A DNA stretch of 62,905 nt, filler included, from Sphingomonadaceae bacterium (GTDB taxonomy: Bacteria; Chloroflexota; UBA6077): the NCBI GenBank assembly GCA_050261575.1. It is 4 parts of 4 records of this genome, joined end to end, with 100 filler letters (N's around TTAATTAATTAA, not from the genome) between each part and the next. Parts side by side here need not be neighbours in the genome. Positions count along the whole stretch, not along the records: positions 1 to 21,571 come from JBLNDL010000023.1; 3 more parts are not named here. One strand, given 5' to 3'. The notes under the pieces are model-generated. The model was not told where the DNA came from and searched no databases. It saw nothing but the letters and a program-made list of their open reading frames with translations. Made by a program: the position numbers and the translations under genes. This document shows, piece after piece, positions 1 through 10,286 of this stretch (the stretch's first letter is position 1; each line of letters begins with the position of its first letter).

Positions 1-90
1 GACACCCCCCTGCCCGTGTGATCGTCGTTATATGTGCGTTGGGGTTGCGCATGGCGCGCCCCCTACTCCCCCACCCCTGGACCCAAGATG

Positions 91-1401
91 CTACGCCAGC
101 ATCCTCTCGATGTCTGCTTCCGGCGTGATGACCAGGCGGATGTCCCAGTTCTCCACCAGCGCCTTCAGTATCTCATCGTTCACCCAGGCCGGCGCAACGG
201 GGCCGAGGTAGATCCCCTTGATGCCCAGTGCAAAGAGGCTCCAGAGGATGGAGACGGCCTTCTGCTCCATCCAACTGAGGACCAGGGTCAGGGGAAGCTC
301 GTTCACCCCGACGCCGAACAGCCCGGCCAGTGCCGTAGCGATGTCGACGGCGACTATGGAGTCGTTGCACTGCCCCAGGTCCAGCAGCCTCGGGATCCCG
401 TCGATCGTGCCGAGATCCAGATCGTTGAACCGGTACTTGCCGCAGCCCAGGGTAAGCACCACGGTGTCCTGCGGCAGCCTCTGGACGAACTCCCGGTAGT
501 AGGGCATGCCCCTCAGGGGCGAGTCGCAGCCGCCCACGAGGAAGAAGTGGCGGATCTTGCCGGCCTGGACCAATTCCTTGATCTTGCCCGCCAGGGAGAG
601 CACCACCGACGCCGAGAAGCCCGTGGACAAGACCACGTCGCCAGGTTTGTCCGGCAGCTCGGGGAGGGTCTTGGCCTTCTCGATGACCGCTGTGTAGTCG
701 TAACCGGAGACGTGCTGTACACCCGGCAGTTGGGCGGGGCCGCTGGTGAACATCCTGTCCGCGTACTCGGCCGTGGGGAGGAGGACGCAGTTGGTGGTTC
801 CCAGTATGGCGACGGGGTACTCGGCGAAGACCTGCTTCTGGTCGAACCAGGCCTTGCCCAGGTTACCGGCTAGGTGCTTGTGTCGCTTCAGCTTGGGGTA
901 TGCGTGGGCCGGCAGCAACTCCGAGTGTGTGTAGACGTCGATGCCTGTTCCCTCGGTCTGTTCGAGGAGGGCGGAGAGGGCCTTGAGGTCGTGGCCGGTG
1001 GCCAGGATGCCGCGCCCCTTCCTCGTCCCCGTCTGCACCGCGGTGGGCTCCGGCTCGCCAAAGTTCTCGATGTGGGCCTGCTTCAGCAGCCGCATCGCCT
1101 TGAGGTTCATCTTCCCGGCTTCGAGCGCCAGTCCGACGAAGTCCTGGGCGTCGAAGTTGACGTTGGTGAGGGTGGAGTAGAGGGATCTCTCGAGGAATGC
1201 CTCGATTTCGTCGTCGGCGTGCCCCAACTCCCGGCAGTGGTAGTGGTATGCGGAGATGCCCTTCAGGGCGAAGAGGAGGTTGTCTTGCAGGCGAGCGACG
1301 GTTGCCTCCTTGCCGCAGACCCCGATCGCGGTGCAGCCGCTGCCGCCCGCCGCCTGTGAGCACTGGTAGCAGTGCATGTCCGACTTGCCATTGACAGCCA
1401 T
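91..1401 (-). CDS. hcp: Hydroxylamine reductase / hybrid cluster protein, short (~436 aa) class III-like form
   Basis: N-terminal [21 protein letters not shown] motif; [41 protein letters not shown] and SWMEQKA motifs; ATG at 1401 with GAGGA RBS. Confidence 0.95.
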   Translation of the reverse strand: MAVNGKSDMHCYQCSQAAGGSGCTAIGVCGKEATVARLQDNLLFALKGISAYHYHCRELGHADDEIEAFLERSLYSTLTNVNFDAQDFVGLALEAGKMNLKAMRLLKQAHIENFGEPEPTAVQTGTRKGRGILATGHDLKALSALLEQTEGTGIDVYTHSELLPAHAYPKLKRHKHLAGNLGKAWFDQKQVFAEYPVAILGTTNCVLLPTAEYADRMFTSGPAQLPGVQHVSGYDYTAVIEKAKTLPELPDKPGDVVLSTGFSASVVLSLAGKIKELVQAGKIRHFFLVGGCDSPLRGMPYYREFVQRLPQDTVVLTLGCGKYRFNDLDLGTIDGIPRLLDLGQCNDSIVAVDIATALAGLFGVGVNELPLTLVLSWMEQKAVSILWSLFALGIKGIYLGPVAPAWVNDEILKALVENWDIRLVITPEADIERMLA

Positions 1402-1523
1402 TGTCCTCGTCCTTTCATCGTTGGAATCGTCCCGCTGCCGGTCGAGTGGATGTTCGCCCACCCCGACGTGGTCGACCGCAGACAGAGCGCATCGCAAGGA
1501 TACCGGGGGTAGGCGATCGCGTC

Positions 1524-1539
1524 TGTGACAAAAGTCACA
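1524..1539. promoter_or_regulatory. CRP/FNR-family (HcpR-like) operator TGTGA-N6-TCACA
   Basis: TGTGACAAAAGTCACA palindrome about 120 bp upstream of the hcp start. Confidence 0.75.
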
Positions 1540-1635
1540 AGAGCTTGGTTCGCGGTCACGTGTGTTTGGTGCAGGCTCTGATGGTGGGGAGACGTGCGCT
1601 GGCCGGAGGCACATGCCCAGGGCGCGTCTGGCGTT

Positions 1636-4065
1636 TCATGCGGCTCTCAGTTGGGCTCCGGTGGCCGTTGGCGTCAGTGCCTCCGCGAGCGCCTGCTCGA
1701 TGGTGTCCACCAGGACGAACCGCATCTCGTTCCGCAACTCCTCGGGGACCTCCTCCAGGGCCGGCTCGTTGCGCCTGGGCAGGAGCACCGTTCGGATGCC
1801 GGCCCTGCGGGCGGCCAACACCTTCTCCTTGATTCCGCCGACCGGCAGCAGCTTCCCCCTGAGGGTCACCTCGCCCGTCATGGCGACGTCGTGGCGCACC
1901 GCCCTGCCCGTCACCAGGGAGGCGAGGGCCACGGCCATGGTGATGCCCGCCGACGGGCCATCCTTCGGGATGGCTCCCGCCGGAACGTGGATGTGGATAT
2001 CCTTGTCCTCGAAGATCACGGGGTCGATGCCGAGGCTGTGGGCGTTGGATCGGACGTAGGACAGCGCGGCCTGGGCGGATTCCCTCATGACGTCTCCCAG
2101 CATGCCGGTCAGGATCAGGCGGTTGTTCCGCCCCTGCATCATGGTAGCCTCGACGAAGATGATCTCGCCGCCCGTGGGGGTCCACGCGAGGCCGGTGGCC
2201 ACGCCCGGCCGGTCGATTCGCTCGGCGACCTGTGCGAAGAATCGCGGCCTGCCCAGGAAGTCGTGGATCGATTCCGCGGTCACCCTGATCGGTCCCCTTG
2301 CCCCTTCGGCTAGCTGGCGCGCAGCCTTGCGGCACACGGTCGCGATCTGCCGTTCCAGGTTTCGCACGCCTGCCTCCCGAGTGTAGTCGCGGATCACCAC
2401 GCGCAGCGCCTCGTCGTCGAAGGAGACCTCTTCGGGGGCCAGGCCGTGAGCCCTCAACTGCTTCGGAACCAGGTAGCGCCGGGCGATGTGCAGCTTCTCT
2501 TCTTCGGTGTAGCCCGCCAGTTCCAGCACCTCCATGCGGTCCAGCAGCGGACCCGGGATGGTGTCCAGGTTGTTGGCGGTGGTCACGAACATCACCCGTG
2601 AGAGGTCGAACGGGACCCCGAGGAAGTTGTCGGTGAAGCTGTAGTTCTGGGCGGGGTCCAGCACTTCCAGGAGTGCCGCGGCTGGGTCACCCTGATACCC
2701 CACCGCCAGCTTGTCCACCTCGTCCAGCATGAAGACGGGATCGGCGGTGCCGACGCGGCGGATGCCCTGGATTATCCGGCCGGGCATTGCACCCACGTAG
2801 GTGCGGCGGTGCCCGCGGATCTCCGCCTCGTCTCGGACCCCGCCCAGGGAGATGCGAATGAACTTCCTCCCCATCGACCGCGCGATGGACTGGCCCAGGG
2901 AGGTCTTGCCGACGCCGGGTGGGCCGACGAAGCAGAGGATCGGCTCCCGCATGAGGCCCTCCTCGCCCGGCGTCTCTCCCATTCGCTCTTCCTTCAGCTT
3001 TCGCACCGCCAGATACTCGAGGATCCGCTCCTTGATCTGGTCCAGGTCGTAGTGATCCTCGTCGAGCACCTGCCGGGCGTGCGGCACGTCGATCTTGCCA
3101 CCCGTGACCTTGTTCCATGGGAGGCTGGAGAGCCAGTCGAGGTAGTTCACGATGATCCCGTGCTCCGGGGACACCGCCGGAAGCTGCTCCAGGCGAGAAA
3201 GCTCCCTATCCGCCTCCTGGCGTGCCTCGGGCGGGAGGCCAGCCTCGTCCAGGCGCTTCCGGAGCTGCGCGATCTCCCGGTCCGGCCCTTCTTCCTCCTC
3301 GCCCAGCTCTCGTTGTATCGCCCGCAACTGCTCTCGAAGGATGTACTCTCGCTGGCTCCTGCTGATCCTCTCCTGAGCCTGGGCGCGGATGCTCTCACCG
3401 ATCTCCATGACGGCGATCTCGCGCTCGAGGTGGTCGGTGAGCATCTTGAGCTTCTCCCGCACCGAGTCCACCTCCAGGATGGCCTGGTTGAGCGCTACCT
3501 CGCCCCGGACGTTGGAGGCCACCACGTAGGCGAACTCTCTGGGATCCTCGATAGTGGCCACTGCGCCGCTGAGTTCGCTCGGCAGGTAGTTGGAGAGTGC
3601 CACCATTCGCTGGAAGAGGCCGAGGAGGTTGCGCCGCAGCGCCTCCACCTCCGGAGTGCGCTCCTCCACCTCGGGCCGTAGCTCGATCTTTCCCACAAGG
3701 TAGGGGTGCTCGCTGGTGTACTCCAGGATCAGGGCTCGCTCGAGCCCTTGGACCGCGACGGTCATGCCGCCCTGGGGATGTCGCACCAACTGGAGGACCC
3801 GCGCGACCGTGCCCATTCCGTACAGCTCCGACGGGCCGGCGGTCTCCACCTCCGCCCTACGCTGAGCCACCAGCACCACCAGCCGGTTCCCTCGGGCCAC
3901 GTCCTCCATGAGGCGCACCGATCTCTCCTGGCTGATCTGGAGCGGTATGGCGGCGAAGGGGTAGGCTACCGTGCCACGCAGCGGCTGGATGGGAAGGACC
4001 TCGGGTATGATGCGGAGAAGCTCCTCGCGGCTCTCAGCTTCCAACTCCTGGCCACTCTCGGCCAT
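1636..4065 (-). CDS. lon: ATP-dependent Lon protease
   Basis: LON N-domain, Walker A GPPGVGKTS, RGHRRTYVGAMPG, catalytic PKDGPSAG, GGIKEK; start MAESGQ at 4065. Confidence 0.97.
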   Translation of the reverse strand: MAESGQELEAESREELLRIIPEVLPIQPLRGTVAYPFAAIPLQISQERSVRLMEDVARGNRLVVLVAQRRAEVETAGPSELYGMGTVARVLQLVRHPQGGMTVAVQGLERALILEYTSEHPYLVGKIELRPEVEERTPEVEALRRNLLGLFQRMVALSNYLPSELSGAVATIEDPREFAYVVASNVRGEVALNQAILEVDSVREKLKMLTDHLEREIAVMEIGESIRAQAQERISRSQREYILREQLRAIQRELGEEEEGPDREIAQLRKRLDEAGLPPEARQEADRELSRLEQLPAVSPEHGIIVNYLDWLSSLPWNKVTGGKIDVPHARQVLDEDHYDLDQIKERILEYLAVRKLKEERMGETPGEEGLMREPILCFVGPPGVGKTSLGQSIARSMGRKFIRISLGGVRDEAEIRGHRRTYVGAMPGRIIQGIRRVGTADPVFMLDEVDKLAVGYQGDPAAALLEVLDPAQNYSFTDNFLGVPFDLSRVMFVTTANNLDTIPGPLLDRMEVLELAGYTEEEKLHIARRYLVPKQLRAHGLAPEEVSFDDEALRVVIRDYTREAGVRNLERQIATVCRKAARQLAEGARGPIRVTAESIHDFLGRPRFFAQVAERIDRPGVATGLAWTPTGGEIIFVEATMMQGRNNRLILTGMLGDVMRESAQAALSYVRSNAHSLGIDPVIFEDKDIHIHVPAGAIPKDGPSAGITMAVALASLVTGRAVRHDVAMTGEVTLRGKLLPVGGIKEKVLAARRAGIRTVLLPRRNEPALEEVPEELRNEMRFVLVDTIEQALAEALTPTATGAQLRAA

Positions 4066-4179
4066 AGGATCAGTCTCCCTTCTCGCCTCGCCATGTCGAG
4101 TTCGGCCTGGCCTCCCTGGCGTCCTCGGGCCGTCCACGTGGGCAGGCAAAGGGCGTGCCAGAAAACGGTGTCCCTGGCG

Positions 4180-4188
4180 TGGTACAAT
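4180..4188 (+). promoter_or_regulatory. Extended -10 promoter element (TGgTACAAT)
   Basis: About 40 bp upstream of the small ORF at 4229. Confidence 0.5.
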
Positions 4189-4228
4189 CTTGAAGGAACA
4201 TGCCCTCTTAGCAATCGCGAGGTGACGA

Positions 4229-4417
4229 ATGAAGGCGAGCAACGACAAGAAAGTGGAGATTGCGAAGGAGATCCTGGTGGCTTACATCTCCCACAGTCCA
4301 GAACAGGCGAGGGATGTGGACTCTGTGTGCGCTGCCGCCAAGAGGATCTTCGAGACAGTGGACTCCATCGTGGAGACGATCGAGCCACCGAAGGAGCAGG
4401 CCGGCTTCCGGCTGTAG
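4229..4417 (+). CDS. Small 62-aa helical protein, weak resemblance to MucR/Ros N-terminal region
   Basis: GAGGTG RBS, protein-like composition (IAKEILVAYISHS), own -10 element, fills the lon-MBL intergenic space. Confidence 0.7.
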   Translation: MKASNDKKVEIAKEILVAYISHSPEQARDVDSVCAAAKRIFETVDSIVETIEPPKEQAGFRL

Positions 4418-4514
4418 AGGGCTGCCTGGTGCCGAAGGCGGCCAGTACGGGTCGCGCGCTGCTCGGACGGATCTGGTGGAGGGTGCGGGATGGCCACCCC
4501 GCACCCTTTCCACG

Positions 4515-5153
4515 TCAGGATTGGGGCAGGACTTCCACTCGGGCGGTTCTAACTCCGGCGGCGAACCTCTGCGCGTCGTCGTCGGTGCCGACGATGGCGT
4601 TGTAGTGCATGGGAATGAAGGTCTTGGCCTTGATCGCCGTGTTGGCCGCTTCGATGGCCTCCTCGGCGGTCATCACGTAGGTCCCGCTCACGGGCAACAA
4701 CGCCACGTCCACCTCGATGTCGTTCATCTCCGGAATGAGGTCGGTATCTCCAGCCAGATAGATCCGCCGGCCGTTGGCAGTGAAGATGTAGCCCACGAAG
4801 TCCGTGGATTTGGGGTGGAATGGCTCGCCAGGGCTACGGAACTTGTTGACGTTGTAGGCCCAGGTGACCTCGATGGGAACACCCTTGACTTCCAGTCTGC
4901 TGCCAGGGCGCACAACCTCGACCTTCCCCTTCAGCTTCGCCGCGCAGGATGCCGGCGCGACGATGGCCGTGTCATCCTTCAGGATCTTCGCCACGTCCTC
5001 GGGTGAACAGTGGTCGAAGTGGTCGTGGGTGATCAGGATGAGATCGGCCTTGTCGCTTCCCTCTTGCAGCCGAAAGGGATCCGTGTAGATCACAGTCGAA
5101 CCGTTCGAGACCTTGAAGACGTCGTGCCCAAGCCATTCGATGTCTTTCGGCAC
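4515..5153 (-). CDS. MBL-fold metallo-hydrolase (UPF0173-like)
   Basis: WLGH, YTDPF, ITHDHFDHCS, YLAGDT, LLPVSGTYVM, IPMHY motifs; GTG start with GGAGG RBS. Confidence 0.92.
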   Translation of the reverse strand: MPKDIEWLGHDVFKVSNGSTVIYTDPFRLQEGSDKADLILITHDHFDHCSPEDVAKILKDDTAIVAPASCAAKLKGKVEVVRPGSRLEVKGVPIEVTWAYNVNKFRSPGEPFHPKSTDFVGYIFTANGRRIYLAGDTDLIPEMNDIEVDVALLPVSGTYVMTAEEAIEAANTAIKAKTFIPMHYNAIVGTDDDAQRFAAGVRTARVEVLPQS

Positions 5154-5341
5154 CTTAACCACCTCCTGGCATCTGATGCACCGATTCGCGAAGCCATGCT
5201 GTGGAGACGGGACGCCGCATCCCGTTCCCGCAGGGGGGAGCCGACCGACCTCCGCCCTCCGGGACCAACTAAGCTCAAGGTGATTATAGCATACAGAGGT
5301 GGTGCCTAATCCCCGAGGCAAGTCCAGAGACCTCGCCTCGT

Positions 5342-5375
5342 ACTCAGAATCCAGAACCCGGCATCCAGCATCCGG
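5342..5375. repeat. Degenerate heptamer tandem tract
   Basis: actcaga-atccaga-acccggc-atccagc-atccgg just downstream of the 162-aa gene. Confidence 0.5.
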
Positions 5376-5381
5376 GGGCGA

Positions 5382-5870
5382 TCAGGTGCCCGGCACCAGC
5401 GACCAGTAGGCGGGCAGCTCGTATCGGAGGACTCGGCGCTCCGGCGAGGATGGCCTCGCCGCGAGGACCCTGTCGCGGCGCTTGATCTCCGCGTAGCTGT
5501 TGTGGATCTGCACGATCCGTTTCGCCTTTAGGTTGAATATCACCACTCCAGCGTGAACCGGCGTCAGGCTCGCTTCTCGGGTTCGGTCGTCCAGCACCCG
5601 AAAGGCTGGCAGTTCGTGAGGCTGGCAGATCTCCAACGCCTTGAGAATCGACTCGAAGCTCTCCGCTGTGTTCTGCTCGTCGAAGACCGCGAGACTGCAT
5701 AGCACCCTCTCCCTGATCCCCGCGGCGTACTCGTCGGCGGAGGCGAGGAGTTCTTCCAGGCTCCTGGGGTCCCGAGCACAGCCGGCGACCAGCGGCAGCA
5801 GCGCGTCACATGGGGCGACGAAGCTCACCGTGCCTCGGCCATCTATCACCGTGTAGCGCATGACATTCAT
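5382..5870 (-). CDS. Hypothetical protein (162 aa)
   Basis: Protein-like composition; starts 13 bp after the zincin stop, probably co-transcribed. Confidence 0.75.
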   Translation of the reverse strand: MNVMRYTVIDGRGTVSFVAPCDALLPLVAGCARDPRSLEELLASADEYAAGIRERVLCSLAVFDEQNTAESFESILKALEICQPHELPAFRVLDDRTREASLTPVHAGVVIFNLKAKRIVQIHNSYAEIKRRDRVLAARPSSPERRVLRYELPAYWSLVPGT

Positions 5871-5883
5871 GGTCCGAATCCCC

Positions 5884-7065
5884 CTAGACTACGCTCTCCA
5901 TTCGAGCGATCCACCGTTCCGGATGCAGCACCTCCTCCATGGTGGGGAGGTTCTCGGGTCCCTCGTAGGCCCGATTCGCGAACTCTATACCACGGGCCGC
6001 CACCACCCGATCCACGAAGACCTCTCCCAGTCGGTACTGATCCATCTTCATGGAGAGGCCGGTCAGCTTCAGGAAGAGTTGCTCGGCTGGACTCTTCTCC
6101 TTCGATCGGGACTCCACTCGCCGCTTGATTCCGTCGTAGTGGGGCATGATCCTCTTTCCCACTTCGTTCATGACGTGGTTGCTGTACCCTTCCAGCAGGC
6201 ACATCAGCGCCTGCAACTGCCGCATGTAGCGTTGCTGGCGCGGGCTCATGATCGATTCGAGGATGCTTCTACCAGACCTCAGGTTGTCGATCATCCGGGC
6301 CACGATCATCGGCCCGGCCGCCGAGCCGCCAGAGGCGCCGCGAACCTCATGCAGGACGCAGTCGAGATAGGCACGGAGGATGTGGTTCATGTAGTCCCGG
6401 AGCCAGGGGAAGACCTCGAACTCGTGGGCGTGGGTGGACTCGTGGAGCACGATCCAGGATCGAAACTCCTCTGCCGGCAGCCCCAACTGGGCCTCAACGC
6501 CCTCGATGTTCTGCTGGACGAAGTAGAGCCTGCCGCCGCTGGAACCCTGCAGAGGCTCTCGCCCCAGCACGCTCATGTCGTACTGCCCCAGCACGCGGCG
6601 TGAGAGGTATCCGAGTAGCAGGCCGATCTGGCTGCTGACGGCCATCTGGCTCAGCTTGGCGAGTCCAGGGACCACCACCGTAGTCTGGCGGCCCAGCTCA
6701 CGGTACATCTCCTCCACGGGCTCGAACAGGTAGCGGAATCCGGTCACGTTGGCCTCGATCCACTCCTTGCGACCCATGACTGACACGGAGATTTCGGAGG
6801 AGGGAAGGCTGGTTCTGGTGTACTCTGAGATGGGGGCCTCCAACTCCCGGACCATCTTCTCGTAGCTGGAGCGGAGCCTGAGGGAACTCCACGGCGTTCC
6901 CAGGGGGGGCTTGCCAGAGGTTCGGATGGCGATCTCCTCCACCCTGTTCCAGTCCAGCAGTTCGTACTCGCTATCGAGCCACCGACGCCCCGCCACCACC
7001 CAGAGGGCGCCCGCAGCGGCACCCACCATCATGCCCGCACGAAATGCGAGCTTACCGTTGGCCAT
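5884..7065 (-). CDS. Zinc-dependent metalloprotease-like protein (DUF2342 / Zincin_2 family)
   Basis: RVLGQYD, HESTHAHEF (HExxH), LLEGYSNHVM, KMDQYRLGE, GPENLPTMEE motifs; N-terminal hydrophobic segment. Confidence 0.88.
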   Translation of the reverse strand: MANGKLAFRAGMMVGAAAGALWVVAGRRWLDSEYELLDWNRVEEIAIRTSGKPPLGTPWSSLRLRSSYEKMVRELEAPISEYTRTSLPSSEISVSVMGRKEWIEANVTGFRYLFEPVEEMYRELGRQTTVVVPGLAKLSQMAVSSQIGLLLGYLSRRVLGQYDMSVLGREPLQGSSGGRLYFVQQNIEGVEAQLGLPAEEFRSWIVLHESTHAHEFEVFPWLRDYMNHILRAYLDCVLHEVRGASGGSAAGPMIVARMIDNLRSGRSILESIMSPRQQRYMRQLQALMCLLEGYSNHVMNEVGKRIMPHYDGIKRRVESRSKEKSPAEQLFLKLTGLSMKMDQYRLGEVFVDRVVAARGIEFANRAYEGPENLPTMEEVLHPERWIARMESVV

Positions 7066-7081
7066 GCGGTACCTTTCTAGA

Positions 7082-7999
7082 TCAGTACAGAATCGTGAGG
7101 GCACGGTGGACTATCTGGAACTGGGCGGGAGCCAGGCCCAACAGGTCCCCGTCCGCCTGGACCATCAATCGATCGTCGGTCTCCACGCGGACCTCCGCGG
7201 CCCTTTCGCATTTCACCTTGGGGTTCTGGAGGTGAGTGCCTCGATAGACCCCCGGGAGGTTGCGAACCAGCTCAATGCGGCCGGCGTCCCCCACGGTGAT
7301 GACGTCGAAGTAGCCGTCGTTCAGCACTGCCCCTGGGGCGATCCTCATCCCCCCGCCGAAGTACCGACCAATGCCGACCACGAGCAAGCTGATGCGCCGA
7401 GCATGGCTGACCCCATCCAGGGCGATCCGGACGTCCTTGTTCCGGTAGCCGAACAAGGTGACCGCAAGGCTCGCCACGTAGGGGATGGTCCCTCTGACGA
7501 AGCGGTTGAAGCCGTTCCGGCGGTACACCACCTCGGCGTCGTACCCCAGTCCGGCCGCGTTTACGAAATAGCGGTGCTCCGGACCCTCTCTACCCACATA
7601 GGATACCACGCCCAGGTCGGACAGCGTCGCTCGCGGGTCTGCAAGCCTCCTGCATGCCTCCTCCATCCGGTGCGGGATCCCGAGGGATCTGGCCAGATCG
7701 GAGCCGGTACCACTGGGGATCAGCCCGATCGAGGGCATCGGCCGGCGGGCGTCGCCCGAGAGGGCCCCGTTGACCACTTCGTTCACGGTGCCGTCGCCCC
7801 CGACGCACACTAGGCAGTCGTATCCCTCATCCCTTCCGGTCTTGCCCAGTTGGATGGCGTGGCCGGCGTACTCGGAGATCGCGGAATCGAACGGAAGGCT
7901 GGCAGCGAGAAGGTCGCGGATCCGCGGCCATCGACGCTCTGTCGTTCCGCCCGCAGACACGGGGTTTACGATGACCAGGGTTCGCCGGTTAGCGTGCAT
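7082..7999 (-). CDS. Diacylglycerol kinase family (YegS/DagK-like) lipid kinase
   Basis: IVNPVSAGG, GGDGTVNEVVNG, IPSGTGSD, FGGGM, QADGD motifs; start uncertain (7999 or 8053). Confidence 0.93.
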   Translation of the reverse strand: MHANRRTLVIVNPVSAGGTTERRWPRIRDLLAASLPFDSAISEYAGHAIQLGKTGRDEGYDCLVCVGGDGTVNEVVNGALSGDARRPMPSIGLIPSGTGSDLARSLGIPHRMEEACRRLADPRATLSDLGVVSYVGREGPEHRYFVNAAGLGYDAEVVYRRNGFNRFVRGTIPYVASLAVTLFGYRNKDVRIALDGVSHARRISLLVVGIGRYFGGGMRIAPGAVLNDGYFDVITVGDAGRIELVRNLPGVYRGTHLQNPKVKCERAAEVRVETDDRLMVQADGDLLGLAPAQFQIVHRALTILY

Positions 8000-8263
8000 C
8001 TGATACTGAACCTCGGAATTGGGATGAGGTATCGGGAGCGGGTCCCTGGACATGCCAAGATTGTAGGAGTCGGCAGCCAGATACCGCAAGGGTTCAGAGG
8101 AGCAGGGCTATTCTCGCCTTATGCCGTGACTTTTCCGGTTTTGCCGCGTTCTTGTAGATTGAGTTGACAGATCGGCAGGCATCTAGGACAATCAGTCCCC
8201 ATCCCTTCGGGCGGAGCCACGCGTTCCGGCCCCAGACGTGCCAAGGCGAAAGGTAATCCCCTG

Positions 8264-10195
8264 ATGGACAGACCAGATGAGATACGGAGGGCGCGGACCG
8301 GCGCCAGACAACGTAATGGTGCTACCCCTGCCCGCTGGCAGGCTTCTCTCCTGGCAGGCCTCGTGGCGGTAGCCGCCATCGGCATCCTCTTCGTAGGGGC
8401 GACCGTGGCATATCGGCTGGTTCACTCCAACCACATCTTCCCCGGCGTGCGTCTCGGTAACGTGGATGTGGGGGGGATGACCCGCGAGAAGGCGCTCACC
8501 GTATTGCGGCCGGTGTATCAGGAGCGGTCAGCTCGCCCCATACTGCTGCGTGGACCCGGAGCGGATCGGCAGGCCTCCGCGGCCGAGCTTGGTGCCACCT
8601 TCGACGCCAACGCTGCAGTGGAGGAGGCGTACAGGGTGGGGCGAACCGGCGGGTGGGGGGAACGTTTGTCTGCCCAGTGGGGCGCACTAGTTCGAGGCCA
8701 CACCGTCGAGTCCTCTGGCGCGGCCGTCGATCGCCCGAAGCTCCAAAGCTATTTGGCTCGTCTGGCGCAGGAGATCGACCGCCCTGTCGAGGACGCGGAG
8801 TTGGTGATCGGCGAGGATCTCCGCGTTCGAGTCACCCCTTCGGTGGTGGGAAGGAAGCTGGACGTGGCCGGCGCCGCGTCCGCGATCGAGCGGGCGATAG
8901 TGACCGCCTCCGCCACTGTGGATCTCCCCGTCACCGAGACGCAGCCGACGCGGGTGGAGAAGGACCTGGAGGAGGCCAGGGCCAGAGTGAGCAGAATGCT
9001 CTCCGGTCCGGTGGCTCTGGAGTTCCAGGGGCGGCGGTGGGATCTCAGCCTCGAGGACATCGCCTCTCTGATCTCGGTGGAGCAGAAGCCGGGGGTGCGG
9101 GCGCCCACCGTGACCCTTCGCGACGAATCGTTGAAGAAGCTGGTGGAGCAGATCGCGGCCGACATCGATCAGCCGAAGAGCAATGCCCGCTACGACTGGA
9201 ACGGCGGCAATCTCAAGTTGCTGCGGCCGGGCCAGGACGGTCGGAAGCTGGATAGGACGAAGACTCTGGAGATGCTGAGCTCGGCGATCTCCGGCGAACA
9301 GAAGGTGGTGGCTCTCCCCGTCGAGGTCGACAAGGCCGCGGGTGGTTCACTCGATCCGGCCAGCCTCGGCATCAAGGAGCGGATCGAATACGGACAGACC
9401 ACCATCGCAGGGGTGCCGGAGAAGGTACACAACATCAAGCTGGCAGCGTCGCGGCTCAACGGCGTTCTGGTCGGCCCGGGGGAGATGTTCTCCTTCAATC
9501 GGGAGTTGGGCCCCACAACCCTAAAGAGCGGCTTCCAGATTGGGTTCGGCATATCCGTCAACAACGGGGAGATGCAGACGGTGCCTTCGGTGGCCGGAGG
9601 CATCTGCCAAGTGGCGACCACCTTGCTGCACGCGGTGTTCTGGGCCGGCTACCAGATCGAGGAGCGATACCCCCACCTGTACTGGATAGCGTCCTATGGG
9701 CAGCCTCCCAGGGGGATGGTCGGTCTGGATGCCACGGTGGATGACCCAGTACTCGACCTGAAGTTCATCAACAACACGGAGAACTACCTGCTGATTCAGA
9801 GCCGGGTCGAGGGCAACACCTTGGAGTTCGCGCTGTACGGCACCAAGCCCAACTGGAAGGTGGAAGTGGAAGGTCCGTTCATCACCAACGTGGTGAAGGC
9901 GGACCCGAAGACCGTGCGCCAGGAGGAGCCCACCTGGGAAGTGGGGCGCGAGTTGTGGGTCGAGCGGGCTACCGATGGCATGGATGTGGAGATCATCCGT
10001 AGGGTGACCCAGGGCAACGACGTTCGGACCCTCAACTTGAAGAGCAAGTACCAGCCTTCGCGCAACGTGTTGATGGTGGGTACCAAGAAGCCCGAGGCCG
10101 CCCCGGGGCAAGGTCCCGGGGCGACGGCGACCCCCGGAGGAGGTGGGCAACCCACGCCCGCCCCTGCTCCGGCCGCAACCCCGACACGCCGGTAG
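8264..10195 (+). CDS. VanW family protein with peptidoglycan-binding repeats
   Basis: N-terminal TM; HNIKLAA, FSFNRELG, GGICQVATTL, GLDATV, DLKFINN VanW motifs; Pro/Thr tail. Confidence 0.9.
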   Translation: MDRPDEIRRARTGARQRNGATPARWQASLLAGLVAVAAIGILFVGATVAYRLVHSNHIFPGVRLGNVDVGGMTREKALTVLRPVYQERSARPILLRGPGADRQASAAELGATFDANAAVEEAYRVGRTGGWGERLSAQWGALVRGHTVESSGAAVDRPKLQSYLARLAQEIDRPVEDAELVIGEDLRVRVTPSVVGRKLDVAGAASAIERAIVTASATVDLPVTETQPTRVEKDLEEARARVSRMLSGPVALEFQGRRWDLSLEDIASLISVEQKPGVRAPTVTLRDESLKKLVEQIAADIDQPKSNARYDWNGGNLKLLRPGQDGRKLDRTKTLEMLSSAISGEQKVVALPVEVDKAAGGSLDPASLGIKERIEYGQTTIAGVPEKVHNIKLAASRLNGVLVGPGEMFSFNRELGPTTLKSGFQIGFGISVNNGEMQTVPSVAGGICQVATTLLHAVFWAGYQIEERYPHLYWIASYGQPPRGMVGLDATVDDPVLDLKFINNTENYLLIQSRVEGNTLEFALYGTKPNWKVEVEGPFITNVVKADPKTVRQEEPTWEVGRELWVERATDGMDVEIIRRVTQGNDVRTLNLKSKYQPSRNVLMVGTKKPEAAPGQGPGATATPGGGGQPTPAPAPAATPTRR

Positions 10196-10286
10196 GTTGC
10201 CGGATTCGATTGCCACTCCCGCCATTCCCCCATATACTGAGCGCGACAACGAGAGCCCAGAACTCCATGCAGTGGGGGATTGAGGA

